From assembly GCA_033549025.1 (NCBI GenBank), contig JAWSUS010000009.1:1-64000 (forward strand): a stretch of DNA of 64,000 nucleotides. The letters are read 5' to 3'. The position numbers were made by a program, and so were the translations under genes. Origin of the DNA: Desulfuromonadales bacterium (GTDB lineage: Bacteria; Desulfobacterota; Desulfuromonadia; Desulfuromonadales; SZUA-540). Below are positions 46,479 to 56,169 of this stretch, piece by piece (position 1 is the stretch's first letter; each line of letters starts with the position of its first letter). The notes beneath the pieces are model-generated. The model was not told the DNA's origin and did not search any database. It saw only the letters and a list, made by a program, of their open reading frames with translations.

Positions 46479-47009
46479 TCAGCCAGCGCCGGGCAGCGCC
46501 AGGGCTTCGCCTATGGGGATGCGGTCGGCCGGTGCCTGCGGCCCGAAGAGCCGAGTGACAAAGTCGTGGTTGATCGCGGCCAGCAGCTGGTTCAGACGGT
46601 CGAGGTCGATGAGCGAATTGCCGGACAGGCTGTCGCAGCCGACAAAGTTGAGAGGGCAGAAATCGACGCGGTTTCCCTCGGGTTCGCGCAGGAGGATGGG
46701 CAGACCATGAGTGCGGCAGATGATGGGGCGGTCATCATAGAGAAGGCAGCGTCCCCCTTCCAGCAGGGGACAGGATTCGGTATCGGCAGCTTCGCCTGCC
46801 CGTGCGCGCAGTCTTTCCCGAATCGGCTCCGGCTGGGTGGCGACGGCCCTGGCCAGGGCATAGGCCTCCACCGGAAAGAGGGTGAGAGCCTGGCAGCAGC
46901 GGTCGCAGCCGGCCCGGCAGGAGATGGCGTCGGAGTGGGCGCTTTCGATCTGGTGGCAGAGGGCGTCGACCTTGTCGCGCAGTTGCAGATAGGTGTCCAG
47001 TGAAGCCAT
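46479..47009 (-). CDS. YkgJ family cysteine-cluster (putative Fe-S/Zn) protein
   Basis: CRAGCDRCC, CPLL..GRCLLYDDRPIICR. Confidence 0.85.
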   Translation of the reverse strand: MASLDTYLQLRDKVDALCHQIESAHSDAISCRAGCDRCCQALTLFPVEAYALARAVATQPEPIRERLRARAGEAADTESCPLLEGGRCLLYDDRPIICRTHGLPILLREPEGNRVDFCPLNFVGCDSLSGNSLIDLDRLNQLLAAINHDFVTRLFGPQAPADRIPIGEALALPGAG

Positions 47010-47042
47010 GGCAGTGATCCTTGAGGGCGGTGGAGCTGGCGG

Positions 47043-47666
47043 TCAGGGGGGAGACGTTGGCGAGGCGCCGATGCGCGGGGCCAGATCCGGGTGGTGGTCG
47101 AGCAGGCGTTTGAGCAGCTGTTTGACCATGCGAAAGGTCAGACCCCAGAGCACGGGACGGCCTTCCCCCAGCAGGTCGATGGAGGGCACGGCCCGGTTGC
47201 GCTCGTTCCAGCGGATGCTGGTCTGCAGGTGGCGCTGCGGGTTGATCAGTTCGGCGACAGAAAACCAGAAAACTTCCCTGACCTCGTGGTTGAGGGTGAA
47301 AGGGCCGGCGTGGGGGAGGTGGTAAACGAAGCAGGCGACCTGTACGGGGAGAACCGCACCGGTGACATCGTCCAGGCGGCCGAGATATTCCGCCTCTGAC
47401 AGGTCGAGGCCGATCTCTTCCCGCGTCTCCCGCTCGGCGGCGTGGCGCAGGTCGGGGTCGCCAGGATCAAGGCGGCCGCCGGGAAAAGCAATATTGCCTG
47501 ACCAGGGGTCGCGCTCATGCCGGGCCCGTTCGATGAAGAGAATTTTGAGCCCCTCCCGGCTCTGCCAGAGAATGAGGGCGACGGCGGCCTGGGTTTTTTG
47601 GCCGGCGGCGCAGAGCTTCGGCTCATAGGGAGCCAGCGCGTCGCGGATGTGATCGATGGAAATCAT
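47043..47666 (-). CDS. Nudix hydrolase, CoA pyrophosphatase type
   Basis: AAVAL, SGNIAFPGG, AAERETREEIGL, LWGLT. Confidence 0.88.
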   Translation of the reverse strand: MISIDHIRDALAPYEPKLCAAGQKTQAAVALILWQSREGLKILFIERARHERDPWSGNIAFPGGRLDPGDPDLRHAAERETREEIGLDLSEAEYLGRLDDVTGAVLPVQVACFVYHLPHAGPFTLNHEVREVFWFSVAELINPQRHLQTSIRWNERNRAVPSIDLLGEGRPVLWGLTFRMVKQLLKRLLDHHPDLAPRIGASPTSPP

Positions 47667-47753
47667 GACGAAAGGAACCTTTGTGATTTTCTCCTAGTGT
47701 AACGGCAGAGAGGGGGCGCGGTCCAGTCTCCTGTGCATCCGGCTGGAAAAGAT

Positions 47754-48731
47754 TCAGGCCTGCGCGCACTGGCGGGCGCACAGCTTCTGCCGATCGTTAA
47801 GTTCTTCCAGGTAGCGCTGGGCCTGCAGGGCGGCCATGGCTCCGGTGCCGGCGGCGGTGATGGCCTGCCGGAAGTGGGGATCCTGCACATCGCCGGCAGC
47901 GAAGACGCCGGGAATGTTGGTCTCGGTGAAGTTGCGCGTAACGAGAAAGCCCTCCTTGTCCATGTCGAGTTGACCTTTGAAGAGCTCGGTGTTGGGGTGG
48001 TGGCCGATAGCGATAAAGAGGCCGTCACAGGCCAGGTCGTCTTCACGGCCGTTTTCAAGGTTGCGGATGCGCACACCGGTCACGCCTTCGGTTTTATCTC
48101 CTAGGATGGCAGCAATTTCCGAGTTCCAACGGAAGTTGATCTTCTCGTTGTCCCGGGCGCGCCGTTGTAGAGGCGGCGAAGCCCGCAGGCTGTCGCGGCG
48201 GTGCACTACGGTGACCTGGCGGGCGAAGCGGGTGAGAAAGGAGGCCTCCTCCATGGCGGTATCGCCGCCGCCGACGATAACGACCTCCTTGTCGCGGTAG
48301 AAAAAACCGTCGCAGGTGGCGCAGACGGAGACGCCGCGCCCGTAGAGATCCCATTCGTTGGGCAGCCCCAGCATCCTGGGGGAGGCGCCCGTGGCGATGA
48401 TGAGGGAGCGACAGCTGAGCAGATCTTCACCGAGCCACAGGCGGAAAGGGCAGCAGCCCACCTCTACCCGGGTCACCTGCCCCTGGAGAAACTCGGCGCC
48501 GAACCGCTGCGCCTGAGCTTCAAAGCGCTGCATCAGCTCATTGCCGTCGATCCCCTCCGGAAAGCCGGGGAAGTTCTCGATGGTGGTCGTGGTGGTGAGC
48601 TGGCCCCCGGGCTGCTGTCCGTAAATCAGCAGCGGCTTGAGATTGGCGCGGGCGGCATAGGTGGCGGCGGTCAGGCCGGCCGGGCCGGAACCCAGGATGA
48701 TGACGTCGCGAATATCAGGGGATGCGGTCAT
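47754..48731 (-). CDS. trxB: thioredoxin-disulfide reductase
   Basis: GSGPAGLTAA, GGQL, CATCDGFF, GGGDTAMEE, AAGDV; ATG 48731 overlaps lipA end. Confidence 0.94.
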   Translation of the reverse strand: MTASPDIRDVIILGSGPAGLTAATYAARANLKPLLIYGQQPGGQLTTTTTIENFPGFPEGIDGNELMQRFEAQAQRFGAEFLQGQVTRVEVGCCPFRLWLGEDLLSCRSLIIATGASPRMLGLPNEWDLYGRGVSVCATCDGFFYRDKEVVIVGGGDTAMEEASFLTRFARQVTVVHRRDSLRASPPLQRRARDNEKINFRWNSEIAAILGDKTEGVTGVRIRNLENGREDDLACDGLFIAIGHHPNTELFKGQLDMDKEGFLVTRNFTETNIPGVFAAGDVQDPHFRQAITAAGTGAMAALQAQRYLEELNDRQKLCARQCAQA

Positions 48732-49596
48732 GCAGCGACTCCTCGAACTGTTCTTCAGCGTGAAAGGACGAGCGCACCAAAGGGCCGGCTTCAACATGGG
48801 TAAAGCCGAGCGAGCCGGCGGTGTCCTTCCAGGCGGCGAATTCCGCCGGCGGCACATAACGCCGCACGGGGTGATGGTCTCGACTCGGCGCCAGGTACTG
48901 GCCGATGGTCAGCAGACTGACACCGCAGTCGCGCAGATCGTGCAGCACGGCGGCGACTTCTGTCTCCTCTTCACCCAGGCCAAGCATGATGCCCGTTTTG
49001 CTGGGAATGTGAGGAGCCTTCTCGGTAACTTGGCGCAAAATCTCCAGGGAACGACTATAGGAGGCGCCTTGTCGGACTTCGGGATAGAAGCGTGGCACCG
49101 TTTCAATGTTGTGGCCGAGGATGTCCGGCCCGGCGGCCAGAATGGTGTGCAGGGCGGCCCGATTGCCGCCCAAATCCGGGATCAGCAGTTCGACGCGGCA
49201 GCCGGGCGCCAGGGCGCGAAAGGCCGCAACCAGCGCGGCAAAGTGCGCGGCGCCGCCATCGGCCAGGTCGTCCCGGGTGACGGAGGTGACCACGGCATGT
49301 TTCAGACCGAGTTCGGCGGCGGCCGCAGCCACCTTGGCCGGCTCTTCGGCATCGACGGGCAGGGGGCGGCCGCCGGCGACATTGCAGAAGGTGCAGCTTC
49401 GCGTGCAGCGATCGCCCAGAATCATGAAAGTGGCGACGCCGCGGCTCCAGCACTCGCCCTGATTGGGGCAGGCGGCGCTGCGGCAGACGGAGTGAAGCCC
49501 CTGCTGCCGGTGGTAGCGGTCGATACGGGCGTACTGCGGCCCGGCCGGGAAACGGACCTTGAGCCAGTCCGGTTTGCGTTCAGGTCGTTGCTTCAT
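48715..49596 (-). CDS. lipA: lipoyl synthase
   Basis: KPDWLK, CX4CX5C and CX3CX2C, GQYL.PS, RSSF. Confidence 0.95.
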   Translation of the reverse strand: MKQRPERKPDWLKVRFPAGPQYARIDRYHRQQGLHSVCRSAACPNQGECWSRGVATFMILGDRCTRSCTFCNVAGGRPLPVDAEEPAKVAAAAAELGLKHAVVTSVTRDDLADGGAAHFAALVAAFRALAPGCRVELLIPDLGGNRAALHTILAAGPDILGHNIETVPRFYPEVRQGASYSRSLEILRQVTEKAPHIPSKTGIMLGLGEEETEVAAVLHDLRDCGVSLLTIGQYLAPSRDHHPVRRYVPPAEFAAWKDTAGSLGFTHVEAGPLVRSSFHAEEQFEESLHDRIP

Positions 49597-50242
49597 AGGC
49601 TCCTGTGTGCGTGCTGCTAAAGACGCTGGCAAAGGACGAGATGAGCTGCTCCTCGACCTCGGTCAACGTGATTCTATGGCCAAGCAGTTCCTCCATGGAG
49701 GTCATGGCCACTCCCGTCAGCCCACAGGGGACGATGTGGGCGAACCCGGCGGTCTGGTCGCTGACATTGAGGGCGAAGCCGTGCCAGGTCACCCACTGGC
49801 GAACGCCGACGCCGATGGAGGCGATTTTCTTTTCGCCGACCCAGACCCCCGTCTTCCCCTCCAGGCGCCGGCCGGCGATGCGGAAGGACGCCAGGGTGCC
49901 GATGAGCACCTCTTCAAGATGTCGCAGATAGAGGTGCAGATCCCGGTTGAGGGGCTGCAGATCGACGATAGGATAACCGATGACCTGACCCGGGCCGTGG
50001 TAGGTGACGTCGCCGCCGCGTCCGGTATGAATCACCTCCAGGCCCATGCGTTCAAGTTCGGCGCGGACAGTCAGCAGGTGAGCGTCCTGGCCGCGCCGAC
50101 CCAGCGTGATGACCGGCGGATGTTCGAGCAGCAGCAGGATATCCTCCCGCCCCTCTCGACGGGCGAGCAGGAGCTGCTCTTGAATAGCAAGGCCCTGGCG
50201 GTAGCTGACCCGCCCGGGCCTCAGGGTACAGAATCGTCTCAT
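49580..50242 (-). CDS. lipB: octanoyltransferase
   Basis: EHPPVITLG, RGGDVTYHGPGQ, KIASIG, HGFALN, IVPCG. Confidence 0.95.
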   Translation of the reverse strand: MRRFCTLRPGRVSYRQGLAIQEQLLLARREGREDILLLLEHPPVITLGRRGQDAHLLTVRAELERMGLEVIHTGRGGDVTYHGPGQVIGYPIVDLQPLNRDLHLYLRHLEEVLIGTLASFRIAGRRLEGKTGVWVGEKKIASIGVGVRQWVTWHGFALNVSDQTAGFAHIVPCGLTGVAMTSMEELLGHRITLTEVEEQLISSFASVFSSTHTGAYEATT

Positions 50243-50269
50243 CAAGAAAGACGCGGAGCGATAAGGGTT

Positions 50270-50428
50270 TCAGGCTTTCTCAAAGCTGGCTTTGCCGGCC
50301 CCGCAATCGGGACAGACCCAGTCGTCGGGCAAATCGGCGAATGAAGTGCCGGCGCTTATTCCCGCTTCCGGGTCGCCCAGAGCGGGATCATAGACGTAGC
50401 CGCAGATGGTGCAGATGTATTTATCCAT
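50270..50428 (-). CDS. rubredoxin 2 (not in ORF track)
   Basis: [59 protein letters not shown]. Confidence 0.93.
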   Translation of the reverse strand: MDKYICTICGYVYDPALGDPEAGISAGTSFADLPDDWVCPDCGAGKASFEKA

Positions 50429-50452
50429 AGAAAAGACTCTCCGCTGAGGTGG

Positions 50453-50611
50453 TCACATTTTTTCAAATTCGGACTTGTCGGCGCCGCACAGGGGGCAGAC
50501 CCAATCCTCCGGCAGTTCTTCAAAAGGGGTACCCGGCTCGACGCCGTTTTCCGGATCGCCGGCGGCGGGATCATAGATGTAATCACAGATGAGGCAACGG
50601 TATTTGTCCAT
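50453..50611 (-). CDS. rubredoxin 1
   Basis: [45 protein letters not shown]. Confidence 0.95.
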   Translation of the reverse strand: MDKYRCLICDYIYDPAAGDPENGVEPGTPFEELPEDWVCPLCGADKSEFEKM

Positions 50612-50703
50612 AATGCAGTCCTCCGAGACAAAGGCTTTGGTTGACAACCCGGGCGAAAGAAACTCATTTCATTCTAGACGAAATCCCTGTCTTGACAAGG
50701 GGG

Positions 50704-53700
50704 CTATTCCGTCATGGTGGCCGGGCGCACCGGTGTACCCTCCGGCACGATCTTGACGAAGCGGGTGCGGCAGTGGGAAACAACGCGGCTGACCCAGTCG
50801 GCCTCCTCCATCTGGTCCGAGTGGAGCAGTTCGCGGTGATACTGCATGAGCAGTTCGTTGATGTTGTTGACGTCCTCTTCTTCGAGGCTGCGAATTTCCA
50901 CGCCGGAGCCCTGGGCCAGCCGCCGCCGCAGCGCCTCGCGGGTCATGCCCATTTCGGCGTCGAGATGGCAGTAGACGACGCCGCCGGTCATACCCGAACA
51001 GATCCAGGGGCCGGGGTCGCCGAGCACGACGACGCGGCCGGCTGTCATGTATTCGAAGGCGAATCCCTTGAGGTTGGCCCGGCCGGCGATATTGTCGGCA
51101 CTGTCCGCGAGGGGGCGGCGGATGCGGCCGCCGAGAACCACATCGGCCCCCGACAGGCGGATGCAGGCCCGGCTGTCGGCGTCCCCCTGGATGAGGAACG
51201 TACCGCCAAGGGCGCCGTAAGCCAGTCCTTTGCCGACGGAGCCGCCGACGCGGAGTCCGTTGCGGTTTTCCCCTTTCAGGATGACGATTTTGCCGCCGCG
51301 GGCCGATTTGCCCAGACCGTCCTGGGCGCCTCCCTCGACCCGGTAGTTGATGCGCGGGATGTTGAAAGCGGCCAACCCGTTGCCGGGGATGGAATCCCGG
51401 CGGAAGTGCAGAAGAACTTCCTTTTCAGGGCCGTAGCGGTCGTCGGCCGTCCCTCGGGTCATGGCGCCAGCCAGGTAGGTGCCCAGGGCCCGGTCCGAAC
51501 TGCTGGCGCTGTCGTCGTTGTAGCGTACCCGATTTTCGCCCTCGTCGAACGCCTTGGTGACCAGGGAGGCGATGAGAGAGGTCAAGTAGTTGAGAGGCTT
51601 GCGGATGATGCGCACCTTGTTGAGCACATCCGGGGTGGGATCGGTGGGGTTCGGCGCCAGCAGCGCGTCGAGGTCGAGCCGGTCCTGCCCCCGGTTCTGT
51701 GCCAACAGCTCGGCCCGGCCGACCAGATCCTGCGTGCGGCGGAAGCCGAGCTTGGCGGTAATGGTCTTGATCTCCTGTCCGAGGGCACGGAAGAACGTCG
51801 TTTCGTAGATGATGCCGTTTTCCAGAACACGGGGAACAAAACGTTTGAGTCCTCGCTGTTCGGCTTCCGCGGCGGTCTCGATCTGGGTGGCGATGCCGAC
51901 ATGGCAGGTGTCGAGATGGCAGCCCCGGCAGGTGGTGCAGCCGATGACCACCATGGCCAGGGTGCCGAAGCCCACCCGGTTGGCTCCCAGGAGCATGAGC
52001 TTGACCACGTCGCGTCCGGTGCGGGCGCCGCCGTCTACCCAGATTTCCAGGCGGTCTCGCATGCCGGCGCTCACCAGGGCCCGATGGGCTTCGCGGACAC
52101 CGATCTCCGCCGGCAGGCCGACGAACTTGATGGCGTGCTTGCGGGCCGCGCCGGTGCCGCCGCTGTAGCCGCTGACGGTGAGGATATCGGCGCCGGCTTT
52201 GGCGACGCCCATGGCGATGGTTCCGATACCGGCCACGGCGGGGACCTTGACCGAAATGCGGGCCCGCGGATTGGCGGTACGCAGTTCTTCGATGATCTGG
52301 GCCAGATCTTCGATGGAATAGATATCGTGATTGTTAGAGGGCGAAATCAGGGCCACTCCAGGCGTGGCGTTGCGGGCAGCGGCGATTTTGGCCGTGACCT
52401 TGAAACCGGGCAGATGGCCGCCTTCGCCGGGCTTGGCCCCCTGTCCCACCTTGATTTCGAGAAAGTCGGCGGAATTGAGCAGGTCCATGTGCACGCCGAA
52501 ACGGCCCGAGGCGATCTGCTGGCCGCGATTGGCGCGGTAGCGCCCCAGCATGTCGGCGATTTCGCCACCTTCGCCATTCATGCAGATGATGTTGAGACGC
52601 TTGGCGGCTTCGGCGTAGATGCGGAAAGGGATCTCCCCCTGAGAACCGAAACTCATGGCGGAGATGAGGATAGGCAGATCATGGTTGCCGACGGTCGCGT
52701 CGACCTCTTCGGGGTCGACGGTCAGTTCCGGCGTAAAGCGAAAATCGACGAGATGGCGGATGGCCAGCGGATTTTCCGTTTCCAGTTGCCGGATGAGTCG
52801 GGAGAGGTCGGCATAGCTCTCTTCCATCTTGGCGACGGCGCCGACCATCTTCCAGATGCGCGGATAGATACGAAACTGGGCGGGCACGGGCTGTTTTTTC
52901 CGGCTGCGGGCGACCGTGCCGCGCTGACGGTTGTCCTCTTCGAGCCTGGCCAGGGTCAGGCCGCCGCGAGCGGTACCACAAAAATCGGGGGTCTCGAAAA
53001 TGGCGGCGATCTCCGGTGACAGGCCGATTGAGGCGAAATATTTCCCGTACCCGCCAATCTCGTGAGTGCCCATGGTGGAAATGACTTTTTCCAGCCCTTT
53101 GCTCAAAACGTCCAGCAGGTGGCCGAGGCCTTTTTCCTCCTGGGCGGCGATTTCCCACATGAGGTAGGGACAGAGGGCGTCGGCTCCCATCCCTAAAGCC
53201 AGGATGAGGTCGTGCAGGTTGCGCAGGGCGCCGGAGCGCAGCACCAGGGAGACCTGGCTGCGCAGGGAGACCCCGCCGCGGCTGCGGGTTTCCTTCAGGG
53301 CCTTGTGCAGGCTGGCAATAACGAGGTAGGGATCGAGGAAACTCCGGGTGGGGGAAAAAACCAGGGAGTCGTCGATGAGCAGCAGCAGTTTGCCGCCCTT
53401 GGCGGCGGCCAGGGCTTCCTGCGCCAGCCTCTCCAGGGCTTGCTCGACCGTCTCACCGCGACGCAGACTGCAGGAGAGGACCCGATAGCGGGGACGCGGA
53501 CCGCTGAAATGATGCAGCAACGACTCCAGGGTGCAGGTGCCATGAGCTTTGGCCACGTCTTCGTCAGCAGCGGTCGGCGCCTGCCGGCCACCCCCCGTCA
53601 ACAGGGGCGAGTCCAGTTCGACCGCCGGCTGTTTGCGGCCTCCCAGGCGGGGACGCGGGCCGAGGTAGACCCGGGTGGAGAAGTGCTCCGATTCGCGCTC

Positions 53701-55242
53701 CCGGTCAATGGCCGGATTGGTGACCACGGCCACCTGCTCCTTGAAATAGTCGGAGAGATTCTGACGGCCGCTGGCCAGGGCCGCCAGGGGTCCGTCATAG
53801 CCGAGGGAGGCGATGGGATCCTGACCGTTGCGGGCCATGTCCTCCAGGTTGCGCAGGTCGCTCTTCTTCCAGGCGAGCGCCGTGAGCAGGTTCTCCTGCA
53901 CGAAGGAGCGACTGCGGGCGAAAGAGGCTGCCTCTTTCACCGGTGCGGGCTTAAGATCCAGGGCTCGGGTCAGCAGCTGCCCATGCTCCTGCAGCCGGGT
54001 TCTGCGGCTGAACAGCCGGTGGACCTCCTGCCGCAGGGCGTCGTGTTCCAGCAGTTCGACCTGTTGCCCGCCTTTGACCCGGAGGGCGACTTTTTCACCG
54101 GGAGCGAGCACTTTGGGGTCTGAGAGAATCTCCTCCTGCGGCACCACGCCCACTTCGGAAGAGACGAAGTATTCCTTCTCGGTCTCGCCCACCCACAGGG
54201 GGCGCAAGCCCATGGCGTCGACGCTGAAAACGCAGCTGTCCTGATGACGGGCGATGATGGCGGCGGGTCCCTGGGCGCTGGCGGTGAGGAGGCGCCGAAA
54301 GACGCGATACATGTCCTGCAGGGGCGCAGGAAGCGTCTCCATGATGCTGAAGATCGGCGGAAAGACCATCTCCATGGCCTCGGCCAGGGTCAGACCGACC
54401 TGGTGAATGAGGCCTTCGAGGAGACGGTTGAGATCCTGGGAGTCGCTGCCTCCCGGCGGCAGGGGAATGCCGAGGATGGCGGCCTCTTCGCGCAGGCGGG
54501 CGATGGTGTTGATCTCGCCGTTGTGGCCGAGCAGACTGAAAGGCTGGGCCCGCAGTACCGTCGGCAGGGTGTTGGTGGAAAAACGGCTGTGTCCGATGGT
54601 GACCGCTGACAGAAAATCGCGGCGCTTGAGTTCCGGGTAGTAGCGCGACAGGATTTCCGGGGCGCCGTGCACCTTGTAGGAAGCGACCTGGGTGGAGAGA
54701 GAGGCGACATGGACCGGAAAGCGCGCCTCGATGTCGGCGTGCAGCCGGTAGAGGACCGCCGGCGCTTTGTTGGGCTGAGGCAGCAGCAGCGCCACCTGCC
54801 AGAAGCGGGGTTCGGTGCGCCGCGCCATGGCCGAGAGCAGCTCGTTGCGCACCGGCCCAGGCCGCTCGACCAGGATCTGGGCCCCGGCGTCGCGAAAGAG
54901 GGACAGAATTTTTTCCTGCAATTCGGGATCGTCGGCGAGAGCCTCTTTGGGCAGGAGGAAGTGGCCGATGGCGAACCCCTTCGTGTCGACGAGGTCGCCG
55001 TTGTGGCCTGCCCCCTCCAGAATATCGCGCCAGAGACGTCGCGGCAGGTCGGTCAGGATGCCGCAGCCGTCCCCTTCGCCGCTGATCTCGCCGGCCCGGT
55101 GTCCCATCTTGATAAGCGCCTCGATGGTTCGCTGCACGTTGCCATGGGTCGGATGCCCGGCCTTGTTGATGTAGGAAATGATGGCGCAGGCGTCCCTTTC
55201 GGGGGGCATCAGGCCGGAAGGATCATGGCTGGCGTTTATCAT
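50704..55242 (-). CDS. gltB: glutamate synthase large-subunit-like protein (divergent, no adjacent gltD)
   Basis: ERDAC N-terminal GATase, HSRFSTNT, HNGEINT, VTNPAID..RE, AMSFGS, QQIASGRFGV, GQGAKPGEGGHLPG.KV, C-terminal FEYMTAG. Confidence 0.88.
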   Translation of the reverse strand: MINASHDPSGLMPPERDACAIISYINKAGHPTHGNVQRTIEALIKMGHRAGEISGEGDGCGILTDLPRRLWRDILEGAGHNGDLVDTKGFAIGHFLLPKEALADDPELQEKILSLFRDAGAQILVERPGPVRNELLSAMARRTEPRFWQVALLLPQPNKAPAVLYRLHADIEARFPVHVASLSTQVASYKVHGAPEILSRYYPELKRRDFLSAVTIGHSRFSTNTLPTVLRAQPFSLLGHNGEINTIARLREEAAILGIPLPPGGSDSQDLNRLLEGLIHQVGLTLAEAMEMVFPPIFSIMETLPAPLQDMYRVFRRLLTASAQGPAAIIARHQDSCVFSVDAMGLRPLWVGETEKEYFVSSEVGVVPQEEILSDPKVLAPGEKVALRVKGGQQVELLEHDALRQEVHRLFSRRTRLQEHGQLLTRALDLKPAPVKEAASFARSRSFVQENLLTALAWKKSDLRNLEDMARNGQDPIASLGYDGPLAALASGRQNLSDYFKEQVAVVTNPAIDRERESEHFSTRVYLGPRPRLGGRKQPAVELDSPLLTGGGRQAPTAADEDVAKAHGTCTLESLLHHFSGPRPRYRVLSCSLRRGETVEQALERLAQEALAAAKGGKLLLLIDDSLVFSPTRSFLDPYLVIASLHKALKETRSRGGVSLRSQVSLVLRSGALRNLHDLILALGMGADALCPYLMWEIAAQEEKGLGHLLDVLSKGLEKVISTMGTHEIGGYGKYFASIGLSPEIAAIFETPDFCGTARGGLTLARLEEDNRQRGTVARSRKKQPVPAQFRIYPRIWKMVGAVAKMEESYADLSRLIRQLETENPLAIRHLVDFRFTPELTVDPEEVDATVGNHDLPILISAMSFGSQGEIPFRIYAEAAKRLNIICMNGEGGEIADMLGRYRANRGQQIASGRFGVHMDLLNSADFLEIKVGQGAKPGEGGHLPGFKVTAKIAAARNATPGVALISPSNNHDIYSIEDLAQIIEELRTANPRARISVKVPAVAGIGTIAMGVAKAGADILTVSGYSGGTGAARKHAIKFVGLPAEIGVREAHRALVSAGMRDRLEIWVDGGARTGRDVVKLMLLGANRVGFGTLAMVVIGCTTCRGCHLDTCHVGIATQIETAAEAEQRGLKRFVPRVLENGIIYETTFFRALGQEIKTITAKLGFRRTQDLVGRAELLAQNRGQDRLDLDALLAPNPTDPTPDVLNKVRIIRKPLNYLTSLIASLVTKAFDEGENRVRYNDDSASSSDRALGTYLAGAMTRGTADDRYGPEKEVLLHFRRDSIPGNGLAAFNIPRINYRVEGGAQDGLGKSARGGKIVILKGENRNGLRVGGSVGKGLAYGALGGTFLIQGDADSRACIRLSGADVVLGGRIRRPLADSADNIAGRANLKGFAFEYMTAGRVVVLGDPGPWICSGMTGGVVYCHLDAEMGMTREALRRRLAQGSGVEIRSLEEEDVNNINELLMQYHRELLHSDQMEEADWVSRVVSHCRTRFVKIVPEGTPVRPATMTE

Positions 55243-55285
55243 GGGGACTCCCTTCAACACGGTCGCCCGGTCAGGCAGGCAGCCG

Positions 55286-55316
55286 AAAAAAAAGGCGGGC
55301 ACCGCCGGTGCCCGCC
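55286..55316 (-). terminator. intrinsic terminator between elbB and gltB
   Basis: ggcgggcacc/ggtgcccgcc stem followed by T8 on the minus strand. Confidence 0.8.
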
Positions 55317-55353
55317 CGGAACGGATCGGGGGGGAAAGGTCAAGGCGGCCGGC

Positions 55354-56016
55354 TCAGATCATGTCGATGAGGGTCTTGATCGTTTTTTCAATCCCGTCAG
55401 CCGCCTCGCTGATGTGCTCTGCCAGCATGTAGGCCGGCGTCGTGATGATTTTGTTTTTCTGGTCGATGACAATTTCCCGTACGGGACAGGTCACATGCTT
55501 GCCCCCCATGGTCTCAAGGGCCTGGGCGGTTCCCTGGTCGCTGCCGATGGTGATTTCGGGGGTAAGACGGTCGCCGCCCAGCACCTTGGCGACAAGGGCC
55601 GGGGCAATGCAGATGGCCGCCAGCGGTTTTTTTGCCTGGACGATTTCCCGCATCAGACGTGCCACCTCGGGGTTGACCGTGCAGTCGGGCCCCTTGACGG
55701 CAAAATCGCACAGGTTCTTCGCCGCGCCGAAACCGCCGGGGAGGACGAGGGCGTCGATGTCTGCCGCCTTCACATCCTTCAAGTTCCTGATTTTGCCGCG
55801 GGCGATGCGGGCGGCCTCCTGCAGAACATTGCGCTGCTCGCCCGGCACGGGTTCGCCGGTGAGGTGGTTGATGACATGCATCTGGGGGATGTCGGGGGCC
55901 ATAAAGACCGCTTCGGCTCCGGCCCGGTCAATAGCCAGCAGGGTGAGGACGGTTTCGTGGATTTCGCTGCCGTCATAGACACCGCAGCCGGAAAGAATGA
56001 CGCCAATTTTAGCCAT
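55354..56016 (-). CDS. elbB: glyoxalase ElbB (DJ-1/PfpI, ES1 family)
   Basis: LSGCGVYDGSEIHE, EAARIARG, PGGFGAAKNL, CIAP, TTPAYM. Confidence 0.93.
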   Translation of the reverse strand: MAKIGVILSGCGVYDGSEIHETVLTLLAIDRAGAEAVFMAPDIPQMHVINHLTGEPVPGEQRNVLQEAARIARGKIRNLKDVKAADIDALVLPGGFGAAKNLCDFAVKGPDCTVNPEVARLMREIVQAKKPLAAICIAPALVAKVLGGDRLTPEITIGSDQGTAQALETMGGKHVTCPVREIVIDQKNKIITTPAYMLAEHISEAADGIEKTIKTLIDMI

Positions 56017-56169
56017 GGGACACCTCCTTTGTATGAACAGGTTCACTGATGGACAGAAAATGGGGACAGGCCGCTGGCTATGAAATTTTAAGCTGGCCTG
56101 ACTTGAAAGCGTAGAAAATTTCCACCGTTTGTCAAGTTGTCCGCTCGCGAAATCGGCCCGGTTTCCCCG

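Noticed and set aside
47690..47756. Selenocysteine read-through of the trxB TGA
   Set aside because: No clear SECIS-like hairpin, and the extension has no recognisable sense
50641..53019. 792-aa + strand ORF (and similar long antisense ORFs at 6712-8274, 12642-14084, 18856-20421, 25186-27237, 43043-44536)
   Set aside because: Shadow ORFs antisense to clearly recognisable genes; expected with high-GC codon bias; no motifs
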